Below, in pieces: positions 37,650 to 49,550 of a stretch of 64,000 nt of DNA. The DNA is from Raillietiella orientalis (taxonomy: Eukaryota). Every line of letters starts with the position of its first letter. The first letter of the stretch is position 1. Below the pieces are notes generated by a model. That model saw nothing but the letters and a program-made list of their open reading frames with translations, did no database searches and was not told the origin of the DNA. The stretch covers positions 2,480,001-2,544,000 of the forward strand of contig JAYWIR010000025.1 in NCBI GenBank assembly GCA_036172245.1, in the 5' to 3' direction. A program made the position numbers and the translations under genes.

Positions 37650-39700
37650 TGTCTTACTGCTGTTGTTGTTGTTGTCCTAAAAAAGTTTTTGATTTTACCC
37701 GGCACAACCGGGCAAAAATCTTCGAGGAGGCGAAGATCGCGGTGGTGCTTCCTCAGCAGCAGACATACGCTTTGCACGCGCACTTTTCCTGCAGCTCTCT
37801 CTCCTTCTGCCGAGCTCCTCACACGACTTTCCCAGGAGTTCCTTCAGTCCCCTCATCTCCCAACCTGAAGGTTCCTCCGAGGAGCTCCGGGAAGAGAATC
37901 GCTGACCAGTAGGACAAGAAGGCGAATTCCACGGGGAGGTCCGGAAACCTTCCAGCGACTCCCCAGTCCTTCCTTTGCTGGTGAGCGTCGCAGGGACTTG
38001 TGCGGCCTCGCACGCCAAGAGATGCAGGGGAAAAGAACGAGCTCCTGCCCTCCATCGAGGGACTCTTTCTCGAGTGGCTCGGGGAATGCCGCGCGACGCC
38101 CTCTCTCGCGGGTGCTCGCGCCGAGCAAACATGGAAGGGTAGAAGGACCCAGAGATCCCGATGCTCACTTCACCAGGCCGGGGAGGCCTCCGCGCTCCCT
38201 GGCCGCTCCATTTGCCTCTGAAGGCACCGTCTTCTCTCATTCGTCTGGAGCACCAAAAGCCGCGGTTTCGGATCCTCTTCGTGTGCTCCGTTGTTTCACT
38301 GCTCTCGGAGCTTCGTCCAAGGTCGCGGACCCTGAAGCGTTCCGTATCTCGGGATAACCAAGGGGAAGTTCTCTGCGATGCTCCAGTCTTGGATTGCATG
38401 CCGATTCGGTGGCACGCGCAGAAAAATGACTGCCAACAAGAGCAGGGATTCGCCTGTCCACCCCCACATCCACCCCGTTGGCGCCCGCGTGGCTGCGGTC
38501 TCCGCACGAGGTACCGAGCGCCGCAGATCCTTCCCTCCCGGGGGGGAAGGATCGACACCGAGAAAGGGGGATGCGTCGTGGGTTTCGAGTCTTTTCCTCC
38601 CGCAGGGTAGACGCTGGTTGGTCTCGGGTGGCTTCGGGTGCGTCCCCGGTAAACACTGGTGCGTCCCCGTCCACTGGCCGTGATTGGAAGTTTCCGGGGA
38701 CCTTCTGGGAATCAAGGAGTACTTTGGGGTTTCTCTCCGGCTGCGAAAATGGAGCCACCCTCGGGGAGGATCCTCCATCGCGTATCGTAAAGCTGGTTGA
38801 TGCCCCCCTCAGGGGGTTGAATCTCTTAGAGAAGGGCGCTGCTCCCTTCGGGAAGCCGCCCTTCAGAGAAACTGGAAAGCATTCCTTCGGGGTTCTCTCT
38901 TCAGAGGAGAAAACCAGGAACGGTTCCCTTGCGGGTTCCTCCGAAGAAGAAATAATGGAGCGGCTCCCTCCAAGGAACCCTCGGAGAGAATAATAAAGGG
39001 ATTCGTGGTTCTTTCCAGAGACAATCAGGACGAGAGTTTCTCATTCCTCCAAAATTAGGAGGAAAAAAGGACTCCTTCCTCCGGAGTTTTCCTGGATTTA
39101 TAGGTTGGTCCTCCGGGGTTACTCCCGACAATGTGAAGAGTCTCACACACCCTCAGGTGGCGTGGGCAGTGCTGAAGAGCTTCGTGACCACACCCCAAAG
39201 GCGTGTAACGGCTCTTCAGCACGCAGCTAACCAATAAAAAAAAATAGCTCTGCCTCTTGCTGTTTTTCCAATCTCGTTCGCCGTCCTGCAGGAAAACTTC
39301 GGAGCTCCAGGACTGCCTTTCCTCCTGCTGGCCGCTCGGAACCTCGTTGGATTCCCTCACGCCTCCTGGTTCGCTCTCCCTTCCATAGTTCCTCCGCACC
39401 CAACTGGATGCAGAGCAGTCTCGGTCCGTCCCACTCCGTCCAGCTGAGATGGCAAACATCAGCGTGCTTCCCTGGAACGCCTTCCCCCCGAAGGAGGGAA
39501 ATGCCTTCTTCCCCCCTCCCTGGGTCCTGCACAGGTCCTCGATCCTTGCCTACCTGGGCTGCTCTTCTTGCGCGCGTGGGCCCCCGACAGCGCCTCAACG
39601 GTGACTGCTCCTTCTGAATGCGTGCCCACCTCGCATACGACTGCGGTTCTTCAACCTAGAATTCGAGGGTGGCATGGATTGTCCGCTTCTGGTGGAGTGA
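37650..39700 (-). mobile_element. LINE 5' relic (ORF1 knuckles + EN start) interrupted by SINE copy 3
   Basis: SLGVRG (SLNVRG-like, ~38010), WSAILF (GVAILF-like). Knuckle relics CHL...RDC and LCR...GEEG at 39410-39540. Confidence 0.4.
38479..39245 (+). mobile_element. tRNA-headed SINE-like structured repeat, copy 3 (divergent)
   Basis: GATCGACACCGAG...GGGTTTCGAGTC...GACGCTGGTTGGTC domain and hairpin array. Perfect 12-bp stem GTGCTGAAGAGC (39169-39180)/GCTCTTCAGCAC (39211-39222), then GCTAACC and A-tract. First B-box decayed. Confidence 0.8.
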
Positions 39701-40859
39701 ACGGTTCGCTCAAGACTCGCCGATTCAAAGCTCCGCTGGTTCGTTTCTGCATGCGATGTGCCCGATCCGAGTGGAAGGGACGGAAAGGTCAGAGGTTGTG
39801 GGAAAGCTCTCAACAAACAAATGGGGCTCGATTCTTTGACAAGTGATCTGGAGTCATAAAAGCCAAAATAGTTTTCAGCGTCATTTTTTACCTGACGCTG
39901 CTTCTTGCGATTTTTCTCATCAGCTCTTAAAATTCTGGACCTCTAGAAACAACACACTGTCAGGAGTGCCAAAAGTCTTTTTCACTTTTTTCCCTTAACT
40001 TTTTTTTTTTTTTTTTTATGGAGTTCTTATTGGCTGCTCAACGGACACCCTGCAGCTGGTGACTCGAAACTCTGCTTCGATTGTGTCCCCTACCGCTCTG
40101 GTGCATTTTTCTGTTCCTCGAGTCAGAGGAACAGAAAAATTGCTTTCCGTTGTTCGTCGCCTACATGAGCGCGCTCTTTTTTGTATGTGAAGATCCCCCC
40201 CCCCCTACGGAAGTCCAGTTCTCCACCCGCTCTTGGATTGCGCATCTTTGGTACACCATCCTTTTGCGGCCTCCGAGATCCACATCCTCCGGTCTCTGGC
40301 GGAAGCCTCTGGCAGCCGTGGCGCCTCCGCGAACATCTCGGCATCTCATTCTGATCCGCATTCCGCAGAACGTATCTTGATGTGCCCGTGCGTGTGCCCG
40401 CCTCCCTGTGGGCGCGCGCTCGTGCGTGTCTGTGCGCGTGTGTGCGCGGCCGTCCGTGCACATCATTTCCGTGAGTGCATTTTGGTCTGTCAGAAGTGCA
40501 CAAACGGTTCTTTTACACACCCTGAGGAAGCCTGCTGACCTCGGGCGTCCCGGATCGAACTGCTCGACTTGGCCGAACCAGGTCACCGGCAAAAATCCCT
40601 CGCGGGCCAAGAAGCCCCCTTCTGGGAACCCACCCAGGAAGAATCGTCGACTTTGCGGGAAGGAAAGAGTCTACAGGCCAGCAAGTCTATCCCAGTCGTC
40701 ACGGAGAATCCGGCCACCGGTTCAACCTGAGGAAAGATGGCAGCGGAAAAGAAAGCTGCAGCAGCGACTGGCAGCGGAACTGGTCTTCTGAGTGATCTTC
40801 CCTCCCTTACCTCCTCCTCCTTTGCCTCAAGAGCGTCCCTCCCCTTCCGGCCGCTCCCT

Positions 40860-41345
40860 GACTCCTCGTGGGAGCGACGGGCTGCTGGAGCACGGAGTCT
40901 GGTATTTTTACCGGCTTCGACGGTGCCACACAGGCGGGGTATCCATGGCAGCGTCCGCGGCTATTTTTGCCCCGCGATGCTGCGCCGTTAATCTCGGCGT
41001 GTCAGCACGCACTGCTGGAGCGAAGCAAGAGTTTTTTCTCCAGCTTCCGGGAACACCTGCATCATTTTCTGTCGCTCACTACGCAGGGGGACCGATCTTC
41101 TGCACGACTTTCCTTTTTTTCTTTTTTTCTCACTCCGACTGCCCACAGCCCCAGGCGAGAAATTCCCTCTTCGGCTGCTTCTCGACTCCTCGTGGGGACG
41201 ACGGGTTGCTGGCGTATGAGCTCCGCTATTTTTACTGCCTTCTACGGTGATGAACAGTCAAGAGAAGGGGGGGGAGGGAGAGACTTTGTCACCATGGAGT
41301 CGGCAGCAGGCAATGGCTATTTTCGCTGCTACGCCGTTATCACTT
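40860..41345 (+). repeat. diverged direct duplication (~325-bp spacing)
   Basis: GACTCCTCGTGGG..GACGGG.TGCTGG...TATTTTTAC...ACGGTG...CCATGG...GGCTATTTT...CGCCGTTA occurs at ~40860-40990 and ~41184-41340. Confidence 0.7.
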
Positions 41346-42779
41346 TCGTCGTGCCGACTCACGCGCGCCGTCGGAACAAGGTGGACATTTGCCTGGCTGG
41401 AGGGTGCTCCTTGCTCCGTTTCCGTCGAGGATCCTGAACGTCCAGGTTTCTTCTTCTTCTTTCCTTCGTCTGCCTACGTGTGGTCGTGCCTACGTGTGGT
41501 CCACGTGGATGGATTCCGCAAAATGGTTTGGAGACCTCCCGATAAAAAGTCGCGTGCGGAGTCCCTGGAAAGGTCTGGGAGAGGAGTTGGCCGTGCCGGG
41601 GGTGCTTCCACGACCGGATACTCTGCCTCTGTGCTCTGCCGAGTTTTATTCCCCTCCCTCAGCCTCCCTTCATTGCTCTTTCTCTCGCGCGCGCTCTTTC
41701 TTACCCATCCTTCCTCGCACCACACTCGCGCACCGCTGCCGTTGTCAGCATCAAGCCGCAGCGCTCAGACACTTAGCTTTTTTCTTCTTCTTCTTCTTCT
41801 TCTCTTTTCTTTTTCTTCCTTCGTCTCCTTCCCCTTCCCCCCTTCCCCCCTCCTTTCTCCTTTCCTCGCCTTCGCTCTGATCTTCCCCTGCGGTCTCTAA
41901 TCGCTCCCGGTAACGTAGCGACGGTGGAGCAGCGTGCTATTATTATTAGACCCCTAGGCGAGGTCTCGGTGCAGCTGCACCGGTTTTGTTGCGCAAGAGA
42001 GAGATGCTTCTTCTTGCATCCTGCCGTGCCCACCTTGCTGCTCGCAGCAGCGTCTTCTGCTTCTCGAAGGATCACGGAAAGGAGGGTTTCTCAACATCCG
42101 CCCGCACTTTCGCGGGAAATGCAAAGGCTTGCGTGGGCGTGCGCGAGGTTCGGGAAGGAGGGGGAGAGGAGGTGCGGAGATTTCCCTTTCATTTTTTTTT
42201 CTTTTTCCTTCCTTTGTTTTTCTCGCTTCTCTCCTGCTTTGTTTGCGCGTTTTCAGCAATCTGCTGTCTTCTTTTCTCCTCACCGCTGCTGCTGGTGCTT
42301 CTTCTTTTTATTCCACGGCGTTTCTCTCCCCCCCCCCCTCCTCTCCCCATCTGGACGGCCTTTCGTCATTCTCTCAGCTGGCATGGCCTTCCCGCTAGTT
42401 CGCCACCGGTAGAAATAGGCGAGCGGAAAGGGGAAGAGAGGAAACAGCATAGGGGATAGGAAGGAAGGACCACCTCCTCCTCTCTTCCTCTTCCTCCGCT
42501 AGACTGATCCTACTTCTACTCCAGTCACCCCTCCAGAGAACAAGCAGCAGCTCCCAAGGTCCTTTCATAGTCATCTGCTTTCTCAACCCTCCCCTCCCCT
42601 CTACTCTGCATCCCCATATCAACCTACTCCTACCGCGTTCAGCTTCCTCGCTCCTCGGATTATCACAGAGGCGGCGGCGGTGAAGCGTTTCGTCGCCTCC
42701 CCCCTCCACCGTCTCCTATCAACCGGGGTTTTCATCCTGATTTTTAACACCAGCTAAGGACGGAGGAAACCCAGTCTGA

Positions 42780-44770
42780 GCTACCTAGTCTTCTCTCCAG
42801 CCTGAGTCTCTCCAGGAGGATAGATGTTTCCTCTCTTTTCTCCTTTCCCGAGATGCAAAGAAGAGTCCCGAATAGGATCGGCGGAAAGAGGAAACTGAAT
42901 GCCTACTCTCAGGGGAACTCGACTCCAAGCTCCCTTACCCCACATTACCCTCTGGAACCTCTCGGAGAGTGATCTCAGCAGTCTTAGTGCGCCGTCAGTC
43001 AAAGAGCCGTGGTTCAGACGAACGGGGCTGGGAGGGACGGCAGCTGGAAGCGGCCGTCCATCTCCTTCTGTCCTCCCTTTCTCGTCTCTTCTAGCGCTAG
43101 TTTGTCACAGCATGGTAGGAGGCTGTGGTTTTTTTGCTCTTCCTGGAAAATCGGAAAGTTGATGGAGAACTTGAGAGGAAGGGCAGAAAATCCTTCTCCT
43201 TTTTTTCTTCCTTCTTCCTCCATTTTAGCTCGGAAGCACTTGGAGGTCTCTCAAGAACATCTGGAATCTGCAGTCCAAGGATCGAGCTCATCAAATCTTT
43301 GAAACAAAGGTCCTTTTCGGAGCGTTCTTGGGGACAGGAGAGAGAACTGAAGGCGTAACTGATGGTGCACAAGATTCCCTGCTTTTCCTGCAAAGTCTGC
43401 CCCTTCGCTTGCTCCTGCCCGCTGTGGACCTCCGAGACTTCTTCTGATCGATGTCAGGGTCCTTTCCTGTCCTATTCCTTGGCTCTGATTCCTCGCGCTC
43501 CTGCACTCGAGCGCTTCCTTCTTCCCCGAGGAATCCGCTCCTCCTCATCCTGAGTGTCTCTGTTCCTTCTCTCCCGGGAATTCTTTCCACACTTCTCCCT
43601 CTGTAGGCAGGTGCTGACTAAAATTCCTTTTCCGATATCTTCTGGGCTAATCCGGGAAGACTTGTACCATCGGCTCCTGTAGAGCCTTCCACCTTTGGTT
43701 CTGTCTGCGCTTTCTCCCCTTTGCTTTGCTCCAGGTTCCGAATGGCTACCGACCTACCTGAACCCTGGCACCACCTCGCTACTCACCACCCGCTCTGGCT
43801 TCGGCACCTCTTGCCCCGCGACTGGCTTCCCGAAACATCCTCCACAGAGTTCGCTCCGGATGAACGGGACCACTCGTAATTTCAAACGACACGTAGGGCT
43901 AGGAGTCTCGTTCTTCCTCGAGACCGATCGTTACCGAGTTGAATCCTTGACTCTGCATCCTCACTGTTCTTCTTTAGCCTGCTCACCAAGAACGTACCTA
44001 GAACGTAGAGCTTTGGCATTTGGTGCCAGTGCTGGTGAGCGTGTAGCTGCGTTTTCCACATGCGACGCTCAGTATCACGGGTTCTAACGTCCGTAAAGGA
44101 CCGACGCCCTTTACGGGTGTCCACCAGTAGATAAGGGGGAGTGCGGCTTCAGACTATTCCAGGTGCAGGGAACAGGAAACCTTCCCGCACATGTTGTTGG
44201 ATTGTATCGTTGCCCTCTCGAGCGTCTGAGAACGGTTAGCTGCGGTCCTTTCGCTCCCGATGACAACGGCAGAGAGGTTTTGCGGCGCCTCTTCGCGATA
44301 TCGCCTGCAGCTTCCTCCCTTACAGTCCCGTGCTGCCTGCTTGAGATTGCGGCGACGAGAAGCGCTCCGAAAGAGACCAGTCGAATGACGAGATCATCGC
44401 AGTTGTCTGCTCTTTCATGAGGAAGGCGACAAGATGGCCGCAACTCTGCCAACAAAAGGAGGAAGTTGCCAACATCCTCCAGAGGATGCTGAGAACGCCA
44501 GAAAGAAATCTGGGATCCCTTCCCCCTTCCCCCTCCCCTCCTTCCTTAACATTTTTTTAAACTGAACTTTTATTATTGTTTTTTTGTTTTTGTTTTTGTT
44601 TACCCTTCCTTTCCTCACTGCTCCTGTGAGGACCTCATCGGGGAGCTACTCACGAGAAGCAGCTCCTCCCAGGCATTTCTCTTCGTAATGGTGCTGCTGT
44701 GAAGCCACCACGAAGAAAGACATTTTTATATCTGATATGACTTTTTTTTTATAAATTTTTTTTACAACAA
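42780..44770 (+). mobile_element. degenerate LINE RT-zinc motif-3' UTR
   Basis: TDGAQDSLL (GV.QG.PL-like, ~43357), SRCREQETFPHMLLDC (44158-44205), CCLLEIAA, pyrimidine/T-rich UTR with GGACCTCA. Confidence 0.6.
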
Positions 44771-44779
44771 ACGTCCCTG

Positions 44780-45220
44780 CGTGACCGGGTGAAAATAAAG
44801 GAACGACTCCAGAAATGGGGTATCGTGAGTTTCGAGTTCCCCCACAGGACGCTGGATGGGGGTGGGCCTTTGGCTTTATGTGCAGCATGGGAATGAAATT
44901 TGCACACGTTGGAGACCGGATACCCCTGGAGACTAACCGGAATTGGAAGCTGACCTTCCGGGATCCTTCCAGGAATCATGGAGCCGGTTCCCTTCGGGGT
45001 TCCGTTTGGAGACAACCAAAGAGGGGATTCCCTCCGGAGTTTCCTGAAAGAGTAGAGAGGAATAAATCCATGCTTCGGGGACATCCTGGATTATTGGGGT
45101 ATTTCCTCCTGGATTCCCCCCTGGCTGAGTTACACATACCCACAGTTGGCGTAACAGTTGCCTTGTGAGCCCCTCCGTGACGGCATAGTCGAGCCTCTAA
45201 TGGAGTGAACTGGTTCGTGA
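44780..45220 (+). mobile_element. SINE-like structured repeat, copy 4 (short array, head decayed)
   Basis: GTTTCGAGTT...GACGCTGG, GGAAGCTGACCTTCCGGGATCCTTCCAGGAATC, GGTTCCCTTCGGGGTTCC hairpin, closing TCCTGGATT. Confidence 0.6.
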
Positions 45221-45229
45221 AAACTTAGA

Positions 45230-47150
45230 GGGCCGAGAGCCTAAGGCAAGTGTTGTGGATGAACATTACGAGCATCACCAAGGCTGCTGAATTTCAGATG
45301 CTCCCCTGACTTGATCGGCAGCGGGAAAGAGTGCTCGCGAACTCTTCTTTTCGGAAAACCATTAGTCTCAAAAGAAGAATGGGGTGGAGAAGGAAGAAGG
45401 TGGAGAAATTTCTGACTCTTCCTGGTGTGGCTGCTTTCAGGATCTCAGCAGATCCCTCCTGGTTCAGCGCAACCACTCAACGCAGCCTGCTCCTTGAGCC
45501 AATCAGAGCAGTCGGAGGTGCCATCTTTGCGTGCGCTTTTAGCATAGCATGGTCTTATCACCAGCGTGGCATGGATAATCTCAGTCTGGCCTTCTTCCAA
45601 GATGCTGCTTTCCTCCCTGGAAGCAGGAACATCGGGTGGCGAACGTCAGGGTAGGTCATCCACGAAAGCCAACAGCAACTGTAGCCAATCCAACATCTTT
45701 GATCATCATGGTGGTTCCTTGAAAATGTGTGTCCTTTCCCTTTCGGATCGAGCAGCAGCGCCTTCGAGACCGATTCTTCAAGGGGTTTTTGCCGGCGTTA
45801 TTCGGCATTCCAAGGTTCTCTTAAGTATCAAACTAGTTACCAACATCGGAATTCGCTGGCTCGATGTTCCAAGATGCAGCGATTGTCTAAAGCCTCTTGT
45901 TTACTCGGCAGAATTGTGGATTTTCCGCTCTCCGTCATCGGAAACAACGTGTAAACAACTAAGCTGATCGCATCCAATAGTGACCCCCGTCTTCTCCATG
46001 AATTCGTACTTTTATCTGTCGCATTACTTCATAGAAGGGAATTTGTCAGATGAGTATTCATTACGATGATACTCAGCGACTATCAACGTTCAGAAAGCAG
46101 TGTAGAGTCACGAGTGCCGGAGATTTATGGCGTCATTGTGTTGCATAAAAAACTTTTTGTGTTCCGCGAGCAGAAATTTAAGCAAACATCGTGCAATATT
46201 GATTAATATACTGGCCACCAGACAGGTGGCGTATCAGATAGTGAGCTGATAAGAACAGATACTATTCTTTGATCTTATAAACTATCTACACTTTATAAAG
46301 GAATATTGATTCCTTTATAAAGGTGGCGTATTTTTCGAAACAATGCGGTTCTGAATGAAGTCATTAATGAGTATGCTTCTAAGTGTGCATGTGGAACCGA
46401 CTCTGGACCACGCATCAAAGCAACGACGGGTGGCACCATGCGTCGCGGGAACGAATACTCCGGCAGAAACTGACGCCACTGCGTCGTTGGTTTCCGAGTT
46501 TCTCCTGCAATGGCGCTGGTTGGCCGATGACATTCGGGCGTGGCACCGGTGGCCGTTTAAGCCGGAGGCCCCTGATGAAGGCCGGAACAATGGGAATCGA
46601 CCTTCGGGTCCTTCCAGGAATCCAACGAGTGGAGAGTTCCCCCTCCAGTCGTACAACAGAGAGAGGACCCACTTAGCGGGAGTGCCCTTCCGGTTTCAAC
46701 ATGGAGCAGGAGCCCTCGCTGGCATCTCTCCTAGTTGTTCGATGGAGCCGGACCCCCCTCAGCGGGGGTTACCCTCCTAGTGGTCGCCTCTTCACAGAGT
46801 GCAGGAGTGCAAGGAAGCAAGCGAGAGCGATTCCCTGAGGGAAGCTGCAGCGCCCCTTCTGTCATTTCGAACTTTGATTGGAGCAGTAGTGAAGCACAGA
46901 ACCATGCAGCAATCGCCCTGCACTTCGGAGATCCCCATACGTCTTCGTATGTGCGTATGGATTTCTCCACGCACTTGCGATTACGCGTTTTTCGTTTTGT
47001 GTGCACGCAGTTACTTGCATCAAGAACAAGCATGGCTTTATATGATACTTCATTCAATTGCTGAGCATTCTTGTACATGCACCTTGGTTCAGCAGCAGCA
47101 GTAGTCACTTTATTTTCAATCATTTGTCTTTGGTCTTGGAAGGAAGATGA
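45230..47150 (-). mobile_element. degenerate LINE of a different (AT-richer, possibly RTE-like) family, interrupted by SINE copy 5
   Basis: LLLAFVDDL (LAFADDL RT motif, ~45652-45680), RRQKPL (RQG.PL-like), LVLDASNC (GDFN position, ~47020). Confidence 0.45.
46400..46790 (+). mobile_element. SINE-like structured repeat, copy 5 (highly divergent)
   Basis: GCGTCGCGGGAACGAATAC (decayed T-arm), stem GCGTCGTTG/CAATGGCGC followed by TGGTTGG, GACCTTCGGGTCCTTCCAGGAATC, several GGAG...CTCC hairpins. Confidence 0.55.
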
Positions 47151-47429
47151 CTCCAAAAGACTTTTATGTGCTCAGTGGAGGAAAAGATGTATTATACTCA
47201 TGAATTATGTGAAGGATTAAGTATTCGATGAAAAATGCACGGCTCCCACCACGATGCATCTATAGGAACGCATGATTTTGAGCACCGCTGAGTGCAACCT
47301 TCGGGTACTGAAAGGGCACTAAGGAGCGATGAACCTCCGTTCATCAAAGACTCCCTCCGTAATAAATAAGAAAGCTATCTATAAATCTTGAGAGAACACT
47401 GCAGGCCATTCAAAACCATCCCGGAGTAC

Positions 47430-48620
47430 TTTGTTCAATAGATTGAAGAAAGGTACACCAAGTACACGGATATTAGCTTGTATATTACGAGAGAACCAGT
47501 CTCTAGAGCTTTCGATGTGATAACTGGTTCATTTATTTTAGATGGAGTGTTGGCCAATACTGTAAAAGCTAGATCCTGTAAAATTAGGTGGTCTATTGAA
47601 AGAAAACGCAAAGATGACGACGAATACGCATTTCTGTTTTTGACTTCCATCTGTGTCACCTGCTTTCGATATTATAATCATTCCGACACATGGCAAGACT
47701 ATTTGTTAATCCTCCCAGTGTGGACCACTCACAGAACTTGTTCCGCCCGATTACCGCGATGATCATCGATCCGGATTTATGTAAGGTTGAGGCTCACGCA
47801 GAACTTTCACCAACAGCAGTTATCTTGATGATTTCGGTTTCAGATCGCGGTTGGGAGCAGAGAATGTTTCTGAAGTTTGGAGACCCATCTGCTATTAGCG
47901 CAAGAGCTTGACTTTTATGAAGTGTGGCCGTCAAACACGTATTAACGATTCCAACTGCTGATCAGGATCCAGTCTCTTCAACCATATTACGTCAATCGTG
48001 CCCATCACGTTAATTTGTTTGGTATTGCAGGTTCTGGTGTCTATCTGTTTTTCATGTACCTACAGTTCCTCGGACAACGTCTTTTTCACACAAATCAGAC
48101 AGTTTTTTTTTCTTTTTTCCAATAAAAAATTGGTAAAGAGCCACCGGTCTGGGTCCACCGTTCTGCGATCCTTCATCCGGTACTTCATCTGCTGAAACCT
48201 TTTCGAAAACGAAGCGCATATGAGCCATGGAATAGGGACAACAACATATCCGGTAAGTGGAAATACAGCAAGGAAAAATAAAGACCGTTAACCATTTGGA
48301 ATCAAAATGAGACAAACACGAAAGAATTCAAGTGAACGATCATGAATAGATCGTGCAGATTGAAGGCAGGTTCACGGTCTTCATGAACCCGGGACTGGAT
48401 CCGGCGACAAGAGGATAAGATTTTCGTCAAGTGACGAGGAAAAAAAAAAAAACTTCCAATCCCAGCAGCCGTGAGATGTTGGATCTACAAACGTATTGTG
48501 CTTCACCGTATGTGCTTCAAAAGAAATTTGTATGTCAGGAGCATCTGAATTGATTAGGTCGATAGAAAGTGGTCTAAGGTCAACATCGGATTCCTGCTGC
48601 TCTCTGAAACAAAACACTAA
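47430..48620 (-). pseudogene. possible cadherin-repeat gene relic
   Basis: VSADEVPDEGSQNG...Y (AxDxDxGxNG-like), AVFPLTGYVV, KRLDPD, LIADGSPNF (DxNDNxPxF-like). Stops and frameshifts present; by-eye only. Confidence 0.25.
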
Positions 48621-49550
48621 AAATTATGAGAAAAGCAGTTCACTTTTGCGATGGGAATGGTGAAACCCACAAGCGACGAAACCAGAAATACCAGAAACCT
48701 GTTTACAGTGGATTTTTTTATAAAGAATCCACTCGAGTGAAGGCATTAAAGATTGAATATAAAAAAAAAACTATAGAAATACTCAGAACACAAAAAGAGG
48801 GAACGAACTGTATAAATTAACTACCATTGATCAATAATTTTTTGTTCTCTAGCTGAAATTAAGACTGAAGGCTCAGAAACATGAGGCATGTGGCAGGAAG
48901 TGCAAAGCATACTTTTGTGAACTTGGAGGGAGATTCAAAGTTAGTGAACAAAAGGGAAAAAATGCATACATAAATAATTATGGAAGTGTTTATATTTGTG
49001 CGACAGCTTTCCTTCACAGGAATCAGTCTGTGAATCAGTGAAGAATACGTATAGGGTTGAAATGAGGTATCAGTTTAAGTGGATAGCGCAATCATTAGAG
49101 ATGCGACAAATTATCTGAGATGGCAGAGGTATAAGAGAAGTATGCTTCTAGCAGTTTGCATAAATCTGGAGTTTGGGGAAGCACTTCTTTTTCTAATTTT
49201 CTATTGAAGAAACAAATGTGGACTTTTCTGGATAAACAAATAGTGCCATGGTTTATGAATTTAGAAGATTAGGTTGGTGTTGATGTTTGTTTGGAGTTTA
49301 TTGGGGTTTGGATATGAGACTATTGATAAATTTTATTTTATAGTGATATTTAAAAATTCTAAAAAATATTTAAGTAAATGATTTAGAAGTACTAGTAATT
49401 CGTGTTTTGTTTTATTAGAGTGAAATTGACATTAATGCTAGAGTACCTTGTAGAACATTTGAAGATGACATTACTTCAATTTGTCTTTATTGATAGTTGA
49501 TTGAGACTACATATTTTATTTTCCAACTAAAAAGAAAAGCTCCTTTCCCC

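Noticed and set aside
39140..39235. HDV-like ribozyme at the SINE 3' end (CAC-CCCTCAG-GTG..GG-GCA-stem-GCTAA)
   Set aside because: Only 4 nt are available for the P1 3' strand (about 7 needed), and I found no consistent P2 partner across copies. The resemblance is partial.
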